From the NCBI GenBank assembly GCA_965140705.1, contig OZ223302.1, positions 32,001-96,000 on the forward strand: a stretch of 64,000 nt of DNA, read 5' to 3'. Shown in pieces: positions 1-13,045 of this stretch. The notes beneath the pieces were generated by a model. That model made no database searches and was not told the DNA's origin. It saw nothing but the letters and a program-made list of their open reading frames with translations. The stretch is from an uncultured Arcobacter sp. GTDB lineage: Bacteria; Campylobacterota; Campylobacteria; Campylobacterales; Arcobacteraceae. The first letter of the stretch is position 1; the number at the start of each line of letters is the position of its first letter. The translations under genes were made by a program, and so were the position numbers.

Positions 1-1396
1 AAAGCCAAATCCTAACGAACTATCAATCTTACTAAAGGGAATTCCTCTAAGTTAATCCTTCTAATAACTTTTCACAATCTTCTCTTCCGATTCTTAACTA
101 AAATCAATGCAATCTTAAACATAATGGGGATCAAGATATATCAAATTGTAATTTTAATATCCCACAAAATAAAGAGCTTCTTTAGGTTTGCCTCCCATTA
201 TTCCAACTGAATATGGACAATCTAATAAGTATTTTATTTAAGGAATGTATTCTGAATTTCCTCCTTATGCTGTTATTCGTAAACAAATTACTAATCAAAG
301 GGAATGATCCCATTTACAACAATTTTCACATAAATTTTGCTAATAAAAATCAAAAATTTCTAATTTTTTATTATTATTATTATTATTACTACTACTACTA
401 CTACTACTTTTATTATTATTACGATTAAATTTTTAAGATGGCTGATGCTTAAACTCAAGATCTTCTTTTGATTCTAAAAATAAATAAGATTGTTATAATC
501 GAGCAAATTCATCAGGTTTAATGCTTTCTTTTATTTAATTTATTGCATTTTCCTTTGAATTACTACTATTTTTATTTTTTTCAACATTAATTTTGCACTT
601 TTAGCAAAGCTCCTTTTCTATCCTCACTCCTTTATAAATATCCTCTAATAATAAACAGCCATCACCTGCAACTTCAACCCATATTCCTTTTTCAATCATA
701 ACTTCTTACATTAAATAAGAAATCTATGTAATTTTTAGCCATTCTCCAGGAAATATTCCTTCTTTTTTCCACCCGAGTTCACTAATTGTTTGGATTGAAA
801 ATAATTATTTTTTGCAATCATCAAATTATTTTATAATATCAATTTTCTTCATATTAGTATGATCCTTTCTCCTAATCACATTACTTGCCATCATCTAGCC
901 AACTCTCAACATACAGCCCCACCCTCGATCACTACTAATTCCAGGCTATTTAAAGCACTCTAGTCCTTAACAAAGATAAGGAAATTTTCTTCTATAACTA
1001 AATCATATTTACTCTGCCAGACTTTATATTAAACATTGCTGAGCCTCAGGGTAAGTGTAACAGAAGCCTAGATAGGAAAGAAAAGGAGTTTGGCTGTTTA
1101 GTTAGATTAGAGGTGAATTATTTTGTTAGATATTGTAACGTTGGTTTAATCTTAGAAAAGGGAAAAAGTTTTAACAAATTTTATAGGTTTTTACAAAAAA
1201 TCTTGGAAACGGTCAGTATAGGATAAATGTGAATATGTTATTTATTTAGACTCATTAGTCATTGCGTTCTCTTAAAATTATATTGTTGAATATTATTAGT
1301 ACAGAAAAGTGGGAGACCGAAGAAGTTTTATTTTTTTTGTTCTTATTGGCTTTCTTTTTCAATTTATTTTTTTTCTTCTATTTTTATTTCTTCCAT
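1..1396 (-). CDS. ATG4: Atg4 cysteine protease (peptidase C54); 3' end runs off the window
   Basis: With TAR=Gln and TGA=Trp: IWFSYRRKFP, SSDRGWGCMLRVGQMM (catalytic Cys), PGEW, GIMGGKPKEALYFVG, IYLDPHY, IDSSLGFGF. Two short 5' introns. Poly-Ser/Asn insertion at ~370-420. Confidence 0.93.
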
Positions 1397-1489
1397 TATT
1401 TGAAAATTATATATTAATTTTATAAATATTATATAATATACGATTATATTATGTATCGTATAGTATTTTATTGGTTTTTTAGATTCTTG

Positions 1490-1860
1490 TTTACTTGCCA
1501 AGGAGTTATAGAAATTGATGATAACCCAATAATCATTTTTAACTTCAAAAATTAAATTATTAATTAAAAATTTTTTATAGTATTAATAGTAAAAACTTAG
1601 TATCAGGTTGAAGTTAAATATCTGAAAAAAAAATTAGTTAAGATTTAAAGTAATACATTGCTGCAAATATTATGATTGTGGATGACAACCTTTTTAATTT
1701 ATTTGTCTTAAAACTATAATTGAAAAAATTAGAAGAAAAATATAATAATTTTTGAAGCAGTGGAGAATAAGCAATAGATATTTACAAAAATTATTGTGGA
1801 ATGAATGATTGCCTTTAAAAACCTTCTCCTGAAAATCTCTATTATTTAAGATTATAAATA
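1490..1860 (+). pseudogene. Collapsed remnant of a hybrid histidine kinase / receiver domain
   Basis: NIMIVDDNLFNLFVLKLQLKK ... SGEQAIDIY joined directly to CGMNDCLQKP, so the phosphoacceptor segment is missing. An upstream FTCQGVIEI (HATPase N-box-like) lies in another frame. Confidence 0.5.
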
Positions 1861-2162
1861 AATATCTTTCTAAAAACAAAATATGATTAAATTTATTTTA
1901 CTTTTTTACTACCAATTTTAATTGTTCAAAATTTAAAAAAGTAAATTAACGAAGAGTTTATCTTCGTTATAAAAATCAAAGACTATAATGTATTATGATT
2001 ATTAAAACTATCAAAGTGATGAATAAGCTACTTTGGTTGAAAATGAATAATAAAAAAATAAAGGTTCCATTAAATAATTAAAATTATTAAAGTTTTAATT
2101 TTTTTAACTCAAAATTTTTATGTTCATAAGATTTATTATTTCTTAGAATTTAGAAATAGTTT

Positions 2163-2783
2163 TCAGTGACCAGAGCAAACCCACTTTAATAAAGTCAAAG
2201 ATGTTAAAGGCGTTATTTTTTATATTGAAACCCAAGAGCATTAACAGCAATAAGCACAGCAATTGTATTATTATTTTAATTTTTATACTAATAGGAACTT
2301 TTAATTATTACTATTTCTAAAAAATAAGTAATCACAGTCAGCTTCCCATTTTTAATCCTCAAAAATTTAAACAGTTAAATCACAATTTAAACACCTTAAT
2401 TTATTGCAAAATTTTTAATTAAAATTGCACTCTTAAGAAAAATAATTAGTAAGATAAATATTATTGCATTTTGATTTGCAAGAACTTTTATTTTCTTCCT
2501 TTTTTTTCATGGATTAACCATATTGATCATCCAAGATATCATTTAATAAACTATCAATATTATCATCGTTATACTTAGAATTTTATTTTATCTATTTTGA
2601 AGGGAAAACATTATTTTCTTCATTGTCATCAAAATCATCTAATTAATCTTTTTTAATTTCTTTTTATTCTTTTTTTAATTAATTAATAGTTGCTGGAAGT
2701 TAAAACTTTTGTTAATTTTAGGTTTCACTCCCTAATATATCGTCAATTTCTTTTACTAATTAATTCACTTCATATTTGCTCAT
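2163..2783 (-). CDS. CFAP418: Cilia- and flagella-associated protein 418 (C8orf37-like)
   Basis: Intronless frame: MSKYEVNQLVKEIDDILG ... CNKLRCLNCDLTVQIFEDQKWEADCDYLFFRN ... CAYCCQCSW ... KWVCSGH, then TGA. Confidence 0.88.
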
Positions 2784-2907
2784 TTTTGGAGAGTTATTTT
2801 ATTAAATTATTATAAATTACTTATTATAACAAAATAATTTTTTATTTTATTTTTTTGAATAAAAAGCAAAAATTAATTAAACATGAATATAATAATTTTA
2901 ATTAATT

Positions 2908-5900
2908 TCATTTTTTACAAAAAGGACAATTATGCTCAAAGCATTCCTTATGAAATATTTTTTTGCATTCATTACAAAATTTTGTTGTTTTAATATCAAA
3001 AATAAATAATAATTAAGGAATCCGACATTCTTAGCAAATTTAGCCTTTCCGAGTACATTTCTAAAGTATAAAATAATTTCAATAAATTATTTACTTTGCA
3101 GGAAAGAATATGCTTTAAAAATATCTTATCACATCGTTCTAAATATTTTATCAATTATAAATTTTTAATTTGCAAGATATTTTGAATACTTAATTAATTC
3201 TTAGGTAATAAAATATTTAAGATATTGAAATTTTGAGTTTGAAATTATTCTTCGACAAGTTAAGGTGTACACATCATATCATACATTAAATAAATTCTTC
3301 TTTATAATAACTATATAGTAAAAATTACTAAAAATTCTATACAATTACCAAAAATTAATATAATTCTTGATTTTTTAGTACTACTTCGCTATTGGCTTTA
3401 TAATGCAATAAAGGTAAATCAAAGAGATCTTCTAGTTCTTTTTCAGCTGTCTTGCTCACAATAGATTACGTGAAATCATACTATTTTTTTATTTTCCATG
3501 GTAGATATTATTAATTCTCACTCATGCAATCCTTGCAAAATCAAAAGCCAGTATAAGGGCAATATTTGCAATTACTCTATAAAACAAGAAATAAGAAAAA
3601 TTATAGCTTATGCTTACTGAAAAAAAGGAAGAATAGATTTTTTGATTGCAATTATGACATAGATAAGTTTATTCCTCTAACTAATTTATAATAAGCTTAT
3701 AAATCAAATAATACTGTAATTTATTTTTTTGGCTTTTTTCTATATTAATGTGAACTCAATAATGAAAGAAATTTTGATTTTAACAGAATGGTGCTGTGTT
3801 TATCTTTCTTTTTTTTTGTAAATTTAAATTAAGGCTCTTATTATTTTTGCTTTGCTAGATATTAATTATCAAAAGAAATATTTTGAAATTAGTTCTATTA
3901 TTATTAGAAATTATACTTTAAAATATCTTCTTGCGATTTATCTGCTGAGTAACTTAGTTTTAATTAATTAAACTAATCTGGAGTTTATTATATATTTTTA
4001 GCATACTTTTTTTCATCAGTTAATTATGTTTCTTCTTTATTCTAGAAGTCAATTATGTTATTAATTATTTGTTCTTCTTCACAAAATTTTGGTTGCAATT
4101 AATCTTCAACTATAATTATATTATTATTAATTTCCAATTTGTTTTCTTCTAAAATAAATTACTTTTCTTTTTCATTATCAATTTCAGGAAATTTCGTTGT
4201 TTCTTATTAATCATTTACTTAGCTTTCAGTTTTCATGTAACTTAATTCTTCATAATTAATTTATGAATGATTTTACTCGTAATCAGGAAGATTAAATATC
4301 ACATTTTCAGATATATCATGAGGGTTTTCTAGAGATTCACAATTATTTTAAGTTTTTTCATGAGAAATAATTTTTAAATATTCTGATTGGTTTTAATTAA
4401 TATTTTAATTTTCTTAATATAATTATTCATTGGAGATTATTTCTTAATTTTTTATTTCTTTATGTTTTCCTTCATTATTAGTTTTTACTTCTTGATACTT
4501 TATTTCATTTTTATTTATTTATAGAATTAGTTTATTCTCTTTTTCTGTTAATTCATTTTTTATTTCAGAAGTTTTGATCTCTTCCTTTTTTAGATTTTCA
4601 TTTTCTGATTCTTCATAATTTTATTCAATATTTTTAACTTCTTTATTATCCTTTGCTTCTTCATTATTTTTTGCTTCTTAAGTTTTCTTTTTTACTTCAT
4701 TATTATGATTTATTTATTTATCATTAACATTATTTAGAATTTTTAATTTTTCATGATTATTGACTTCTTAATCATTAAAATTATTTATTTCTTCATAAAT
4801 TTTTAGTTCTTCATGATTATTGACTTCTTAATCATTATTATTTTTTACTTCTTCATTATTTTTTCTTTCTTCATTATTTTTTATTTCTTCATTATTTTTT
4901 ATTTTATCATTATTTTTTACTTCTTCATTCTTTACTTCTTCATTCTTTACTTCTTCATTATTTTTTATTTTATCATTATTTTTTACTTCTTGATTCTTTG
5001 CTTCTTCATTCTTTACTTCTTCATTATTTTTTACTTCTTCATTATTTTTTATTTCTTCATGATTTTTTAAGTCTTCATTATTTTTTATTTCTTCATTATT
5101 TTTTATTTTATCATTATTTTTTACTTCTTCATTCTTTACTTCTTCATTCTTTACTTCTTCATTATTTTTTCTTTCTTCATTATTTTTTATTTCTTCATTA
5201 TTTTTTATTTTATCATTATTTTTTACTTCTTCATTCTTTACTTCTTCATTCTTTACTTCTTCATTATTTTTTATTTTATCATTATTTTTTACTTCTTCAT
5301 TATTTTTTATTTCTTCATTATTTTTTAAGTCTTCATTATTTTTTATTTCTTCATTATTTTTTATTTCTTCATTATTTTTTATTTTATCATTATTTTTTAC
5401 TTCTTCATTCTTTACTTCTTCATTCTTTACTTCTTCATTATTTTTTATTTTATCATTATTTTTTACTTCTTGATTCTTTGCTTCTTCATTCTTTACTTCT
5501 TCATTCTTGATTTCTTGATTCTTTATTTCTTAATTCTTGATTTCTTCATTCTTTACTTCTTCAATTTATTTTACTTAATATTTTAGTTCTTCAATTTGCT
5601 TTACTTAATATTTTACTTCTTCATTCTTTTATTGTTCTTTCTTTATTTCTTCATTATTTTTTAGTTCTTCATTCTATATTTAAGTTTTATTGACTTTGTC
5701 TATACTATTATTAGTTCCCAAGACTTCTTATTAGATTTCAACTTTTTTTACTTCGACTGCATTTGGTAAATTTTCATTCTATGATTTTTCTTCTTAATTT
5801 AATTACTCATTTTTAGTTTCTTTATTTTCAGATTCTTTGATACTTATTTATTCAAAATGTTCTTGACTATTTACTTTTTATATATTTACTTTGTTGAAAA

Positions 5901-7516
5901 TTTACTCAATTTACTCAACTTAGTTTAAATCCTCTAATTTTTTTTATATTTATTATTGTTAGATATTTTCATTATCATTTGTATTTTTAGTTTATTATGA
6001 AATATCATTTAGGCTTTATTCACTTTCTTAATAAATAATAGTTTCTTTATTATAATTTTAAACTTCTCTTTCTTATCTAAACGTATTTGAATCACAGCAT
6101 TCATTGCTTTCATACTATTCTTATTTGTCTTGCAATGAAGAATATTATTCATTATTTGTTTAATCTTTTTCTTAACTTCCTTTGGCCAAATTAAATGTGG
6201 CAGTTGTTCTCATATCCTATTAAGTTATATTTTTTTCTTCTTCATTTGTGTTATAGTTAACATTGAAAGATTCTCTTTCAAAATTTTCTTAGCGGTTAAA
6301 TACAGGAATTTCTTCATCATAAAGCTTTGAAAAGCAAATTTCATTTATATTTATTGGATTTGCATTGTTTTATTTATGAACTTATTATTTTTAAAATTTT
6401 TTTTCTTGCAATTCAACTTAATTTATGGGAAATTTTGAACTCTAATTTTGATTTGATAATTAATTAATTTATTACTCATCATTATTTTTAAATTCCTCCT
6501 CCGAAATTTATGATAATCTAATATTACTTTTCTCTTTAAATTACTACATTGTATTTTTTTAAGGTACTTTGGTTTCTTTTTATTAGCTTTGACTTTAATC
6601 TTGTTATTTATCTTTCTCCTAAATTTAAAATTACTTTATTTAAGGGCTAAATTAATAGCAATCATTAATAACACCTTATTATTATTAGCTTTTATGCAGC
6701 AAAGTTTAAGATTTTGATATTGAAAAAGGAGGTTGTCTTTCTAATCCCTTTGGAGTCAGAAATTTTAATGATTCTGTCTTGACTAGAAGAGATTTCGGTG
6801 TGATAGTTTATAGAGGCGTCGCAGTGGTAAATTCTGAGGACTAAGAAAAATTATCATTATTTTGGTTTGCTGAATAACAAAATTCTTCTGAATAAGAAAA
6901 AGCAGCACTTGAATGTATGCTTAGGGTATCCTATTTCTATCTTATAAATTGTTCAAATTATTTGATTAGTTCAGAGGATTAATAATTCATAGCAGCTTTA
7001 TCTATTTCTTAGAACAGTTTATAAAATTTATCCTTTTTTTGTAATCGGGAATCATACTTTTAAAATGAAGATTTCTTTTTATAATTTATCAAATAACTAA
7101 ACACCTTGCTGATTTTACGATAATATAATTATAGAATTAATCATTTTTCTTTTTAGTTTTATTACGATTTATGCCAGCTCGAAATAAATTTTATACTGTC
7201 CTTGTTTGAACAATGTAATTAAATTATTTTTCAGTAGTTTATAAATAGGGAATGAACTAGGAGCTGAGAATTTTTGGGATCATTTGATTTGAAGTAAAAA
7301 ATACTTTAAAGGATATCATCGATTACTATTATTAAATCATTTAGAGCTTATTTGTATTCCTTCTGAGGTAAAACCTTTTAAAGCTTTTTCATCACATCTT
7401 AGAGAAGTTCATATTTAGTTTTGTTGTTCATATGCTTATATGCTTTGATTTTTAAAATTATTTTATTTATTTATTGGTGATTTAATAAATTTTTAAAAAT
7501 CACTTTAATTCGCATT
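2908..7516 (-). CDS. Large protein with C-terminal Rubicon-homology (RH / DEF8-PLEKHM1-type) zinc domain, central K/N/E repeat and possible N-terminal RUN-like region; start approximate
   Basis: YLCHNC ... CKYCPYTGF(TGA)FCKDCM ... LPWKI ... YDFTQSIVS ... HILSCKKCTRKGQICQEC ... CNECKKIFHKEC ... CPFCKK, then TGA. The N-terminal DILQSIF and EKWLILQLYYRKI only weakly resemble RUN. Confidence 0.72.
4750..5660 (-). repeat. Coding minisatellite of 15/18-nt units encoding VKNEE / (V/I)KNNEE / IKNNDK
   Basis: Repeated ttcttcattctttac, ttcttcattattttttac and tttatcattattttttat units, with larger blocks duplicated. Confidence 0.9.
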
Positions 7517-7634
7517 ATGTGAATATTTTTGGCTATTCTGAAATAAAATTAAATTTAAAGCAAAACTAAATTTTTGTGAATGAAATAAAATAATTAAAAT
7601 AATTGTTGTTTAATTGTAAATTTGTTTTTATTTT

Positions 7635-8690
7635 TCATTTTAATTGAGAAGCTTTTATAAAAATTTTTTCAGTAACTTTAAAGATATCTCCTTCTGGTGG
7701 TATTTTAAATATTTCGCCTTTTTTTAATTTTTTCCATGTTCTTACAATAAATTAAAACAAATTTAAATAAAGTACCCATTTTCAGAATTGTTATCAATCA
7801 AATAGAGTTTATTTTCTTCTGCGATAATTTTTGCTTGTATGTTATCGACTAAAGGATCATTAATCACAATTTAACACTTTTTAATTTTTATTTAAATTAT
7901 TATAATTACATTCTCATTTCTTCCAATATTGATTAAATCATCTTAACTATTTAAAATGAAAGTTTAAGTTGATGCCATTTTTTAATATTTAATTAAAATT
8001 CTTAATTAAATTAGTCTTTCTTTTATTTTAGTCAAGTAACTTATTTCCAACTTAAAAATTCAAATTAAACCTCAAAAATAATTAACAATTTCTAAAGTAG
8101 TAAATCCAAAATTGAAGATTTCTCCTTCCAAAATTTTTAAATTGTTTTGAACTCTTATATAAGTTCCATTTTTGCTTCCCAAATCTTCTAAAAAATAATA
8201 ATTTTCTTTCATTTAGTATTTAATTTGTAAATGCTTCCGACTTATATCAACTGATTTCAATACTAAATTTGCTTCCTCATGGTTTCTTCCAAGTATAATT
8301 GGCTCATCATCATCAAATGGAAAGGACATTTTCTGTCCTAATTTTGAAGATTTAAGAGATTCACATAATTATAATTCCAATTAATTATCTCTAAAAACTA
8401 TTTTTTTAAGTAAATTTCAATATACTCAAAAAATGCATCCTGTGCATTTTACGATCTTCTAAAAGAAAAGTCTAAGGGTTATTTTTGTGATTCTTCAAAA
8501 ACTTTTTCCAAACTTTGACAAATATTTAATGATTAATTTTCTGATTGAAAACTTAAAACAAATATAATTATTCCAATTTTATTTTATAAAAAAAAAACTA
8601 ATTGCTTTTTAAAAGTTCTTTGCTTTCTAAAAGTGGTTTGCTTTCTAAAAGTTATTTGCTCCCTTTTTCAAAATTAATATTCTCCACCAT
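7635..8690 (-). CDS. Protein with two FHA domains
   Basis: IILGRNHEEANLVLKSVDISRKHLQI ... LEDLGSKNGTYI; second copy NIGRNE ... INDPLVDNIQAKI ... LIDNNSENG/TW. Several short introns, ends ASQLK-TGA. Confidence 0.82.
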
Positions 8691-8801
8691 TTTTTTATTA
8701 GAAAAAAAAATTATAAAGAAAAAAAAATTAACAAAAGATTATTAAATTTGTTTTACAATAATAATTTAATAATTTTTAATTAAGAGGATTATGAATATGC
8801 T

Positions 8802-9845
8802 TCAATTTAGAAGTTCTGATTCTTTTATTGTTTCCTTGACAGTCCCATCCTTGAACAATGATCAATATATATTTTTGTAATTACTTTTAGAATATATTTA
8901 CGAGTTTCAACTAAATATTTTCGTCCATCAACAGTCTTCACTGCTTTTTAGACATATTTTTCAACTGTTCCTATAGGCATATCAGGATCTTCCATTTCGA
9001 CGAATCTGACTGATTTTTTTTAATTAGCTACAATTAAATTCTATTTAAAAGCAAATTTTAACATTATTAGCGCTCAATAGTTAACTCTGCAAATTTCTTA
9101 TCAAATCCTTTTAATGAAGATTTTCTTTCCTTTGATAATTCTTTCAATTCTATTGATCTTCTTGGAGATGATTACAATTCTTCCTATTATTTAATAATTT
9201 CTTTATTTAATTTAATATCAGTTGCAAAATCTATAACAATTATTATACCAAATGCTTTATGTCTATTAATGCCAATTCCAACTTTCTTATAAATGTGTTT
9301 CTTAAAAAAATTACATTAAATTCTTTTGAAAATATATTATTTCGATGGCCTCTTGATGCAAAACCATCATCAATTATCATTGAAGCAATAGCTTCCATTC
9401 CACTTCAATCGCCTTTATTAAATTGTTTAACCAATTTATATTAACCTAGTGATATATTTTCACTTAACTTTCCTTCACTATAGCCATATTTGCCAAGCCT
9501 TGAAAAAATAGTGGATCCATTAGCGCCAATATGGCCAACAATGCCCTTGGGGCCAATATCCTCAGCATGTTCCTAGGCAGCCTTCTGTAACTCCTTGCTT
9601 TTCGTTAATTCTTGCAGCTGCCCATCTTATTCCTAAAGAAACTATATAGCTTCTTTAAATGCTTATGGCCCCTCCGCGGTCATTAATGGGTGTTTGCCTT
9701 AAAGATGGAGAATATCGCCTTGAAAATGGTTGAGACGGTCAGTTAGGAAAGGAATTAGGCATTATGGAATCTTCCGGGATATGTTTAGGGTTTCCAAGAC
9801 TTCTTTTTTGAGTTGGCTAAAACGGATGTTCTTTTTTTTATTCAT
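8802..9845 (-). CDS. CAP (SCP/PR-1) domain protein
   Basis: LMTAEGPQAFKEAIQFL ... LQKAAQEHAEDIGPKGIVGHIGANGS ... ENISLG ... MIIDDGFASRGHRNNIF. Confidence 0.82.
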
Positions 9846-9987
9846 TTTTTTTAGCTTTTTTTTAATTTTAACATACTTGTTTCTTATTATATAATTAGTT
9901 TATTTAAGTTAATATTTAAATAATTAAATAAAATTTTAGTGAAAAATATTAACAATTACTTTTTTTTCAAAAATCTAACTCAATATA

Positions 9988-12728
9988 ATGCGAGGGCTTT
10001 ACTAATACCAAATTCGTAACCACAACGAATTACAATAAATAGAAGTTGATCATTCCAACCCCTTGCTTTCAATTCAAAGCATTTTATCCCCTCACTTGCA
10101 ATAAGCACGCTAACTCTATCCAAATAATTCACGCTAGGAATTGTTATAATAATAATAGTAATAATAGTAAAATTTGAATTCATAATTTTACTCTGATTTA
10201 TCGGATGAAGAATTGAATGAAATTTAAGAGGAGTAAAGAAAAAGTGATGATCTTTTTTCATAAGAAAGATAAAAGGGAGTTAAAGTAGTTGAAGAAGTTT
10301 TTAAATGTTTTATTTGTTTGAGTAGAGTCTAGGTAAAAAAGACGTTTAAATAAATTTTAAATAATATAGGATGCTTAAATGTGTCCTTATTGCTCAAAAA
10401 TGTGTTGTTCAAGGTGTATTAGAAAATGGCTGACTGAAAAAAAATCATAATGTCCAATGTGTAGGTACTAATTATTATATTTAATGCTTTATAATTTTTA
10501 ATTTAGAAAGCCATTGAAAGTATCATAATTAGTCACTTGCAGGTTTGCAAATGAGCTTGCACCTGTAAAATATATACAAATTTACTGAGATTTTTATTGT
10601 TTTTTAGGTTTTAGATAATTTAGTCGGATAGAAATAGAAAAAAAAAGAAATGTGTAATTTACATAAAGCTAAATTAAGTTACTATTGCAAAACTTGCTCG
10701 ATTCCTATTTGTTCGGATTGCGCAATGCTTGGCAAATAAGTTTTATTTTTTTTATATAATTTTATAATAACTATTTCTAAGCATAAAGATCATGAATTTG
10801 TTCATATTACAGAAGTTTATGATAAGTGTTTAAATGAAGTTACTAATTAGTTAGGAATCTTTCATAAAAAGTTTAATTTATATCTTAGCTGTCTTTTAAT
10901 AATTGTTTTAGAATTGACTAATTAAAAGATAATGCATAGAATATTTAAAGTGTTGTTACAAAATTAAATGAAGCCAAATAAGAAAAATTATAGGAACTTT
11001 ATAATCATGTAGAGTAGGAAAATAAATAATTAGAATCCGAATGCAACATAGAAATAAACAAACTAATGAAAGAAAAACAACAATTAACAGAAGAAATAGA
11101 ATTTCTATTAAACATGCAAAATGAGTTAAGCGCATAAATAAGTGAATCTGGTAAATCAGCTTTAATTTAAAAAAGTGATGAAATTATTGTATTACTAAGG
11201 GATTTAAATTCAAAGGAAATTTAAGAAAAGCACTTTCAAAATATTGATTTATTTTAAAAGTTGAAATTACAAAGATAATAATAATTAATTTTTAAAGTTC
11301 AAAAGTGATTCCTGCCTATGAAGGAAGTTGTTTCAAATTGCATCCTTATAATTAACTAAGAGAAAGCGATGAAGTAATATATTCAGATATCTTAACAGTA
11401 AAAACATTACAATGGAGATTAAAAATTTATCCTAATGGAAATGGTGGAATCGCTAAAGGAAATTATCTTTCAATTTTTTTAGAAATGGTTAAAGTAAAAT
11501 TATTATTTTTCTTTCAAACAAAATATTGTAATTTTCAGGGTTATGATAAATCTACTAAATATTAATATAAAATTGAAATGATCAATTAAAGAAATCCATA
11601 ATTAAGCATTTAAAGGTCAATTTTAGATTATTTTAACTAAAATTTCTATAGGAAATATACTTCAGAATTTGAATAAGGAGAATCATGGGGGTATAATAAA
11701 TTTTTTCAGATTGATTAACTTGAACGATAAGGATATTTACTTCCAGAATAAGATACCGTTATAATAATTAAAATAATAAATAATTATTTTAGATTATTCT
11801 CAAATATTATGTAAGGCCTTTAACTTATTATTAATATTCTATGGATCAAACGTAATTTATTAAACAATTAGAGGAAGATAAAATAGAATTAAAATAAAAA
11901 AATTAAGAATTGGCTGCTGAAGTAAAACTTTCATTGAAAATAATAATTATTGTTTTAAAGCTTCATTATCTTAAAATATCTATGTAATTAAAGGAAAGTA
12001 ATAATAAAAAAGAGAAAATTGAAGCTGAATATATTGAAGAGGAATTACCTTTAACTATTTAAAAAGTGGAACAATAATAATAAGGAAAATTAATTGCAAG
12101 AAATTGCTTTGAAGGCTTGAATTATTATTGAATTCTTAATTAATTTAAGATACATTAGAAAAAAATTAGGATAAAAGGGAAATATTTTATGAAGAAGCTC
12201 TTTGTGAAGAGGAAGAAAAATAATAAATGAATTCATTTCTGTAGTTATAAAATCTTGAATCCTGTGAGGAAAATTAATTTTCAGACGCAAATTTTGAACT
12301 CTTTGAAGATGTAGAATAAATGAATGCAAATAATAATAGCCCATCAAGTGGTTCCAGCAGAAATTCATAAAATTTTATTAAAAATCTTTTGCCTTCATTT
12401 AATAAAGAAAGCAGTGAGTTTAATTGTTCGGAGGAAGAAAATTTTATTAGTAAGAAAAAAATATCGCCTGGAAAAATGCAATATATTGCAGACACACTTG
12501 CATTATCAGATCAGATTATTTAAAAACTGGAAAATATTAATAAGAAAAATTAATTTAATTCGATCAAAAATGAAAAAGAGAATAATTTAGAGTACAAGAG
12601 TTGTGATAATGATAAAGAGTAACTTTGAAATTTTAATTAAATTTTTTGTTTTTAGTGTATAAAAAGAAAATTTAAATTCTGATTAATAATCTCAAGCTTT
12701 ATTTAATCATGCATTTCAAAAAATATGA
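9988..12728 (+). CDS. TRIM37: TRIM37-like E3 ligase (RING, B-box, coiled coil, MATH)
   Basis: [46 protein letters not shown]; B-box YYCKTCSIPICSDCAM; MATH LQWRLKIYPNGNGGIAKGNYLSIFLEM and ESWGYNKFF. Multiple short introns. Confidence 0.9.
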
Positions 12729-13045
12729 AAGAAAATTTGATATTAATTAATTAACATTATAAAATATTGTATTTAAAATTATTTCATTAAATAAATTCAA
12801 TAAATAATTACATACTCACTCATATTAATGTATTCATAAAAAATTTTTAATTAATAAAAAAGGAAAAATAAAACATAAATTATAAAATTTAATAAAAGTT
12901 GAAATTACCAATTAGATTCGTAACAAAAAGTGGAAGCTAATCTAATTGAAAGAAAATTGTTGTGTGATATGAAAAAAACAAAAATTTTAATAAAACATAT
13001 AAAACTAAATTTGATTCTAAATATAAAATTTGCTGTAATTTAAAA

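Noticed and set aside
213..428. Poly-Tyr ORF in the supplied track
   Set aside because: It is the antisense of the AAT/AGT (Asn/Ser) microsatellite inside Atg4.
4813..5510. F/I/Y- and L/H-rich ORFs, and a possible CRISPR-like array
   Set aside because: They are the antisense of the VKNEE coding repeat. There are no unique spacers and no cas genes, and the context is eukaryotic.
1..7516. Autophagy gene cluster (Atg4 near a Rubicon-like gene)
   Set aside because: Only two genes, separated by CFAP418. This is compatible with chance in a gene-dense genome.
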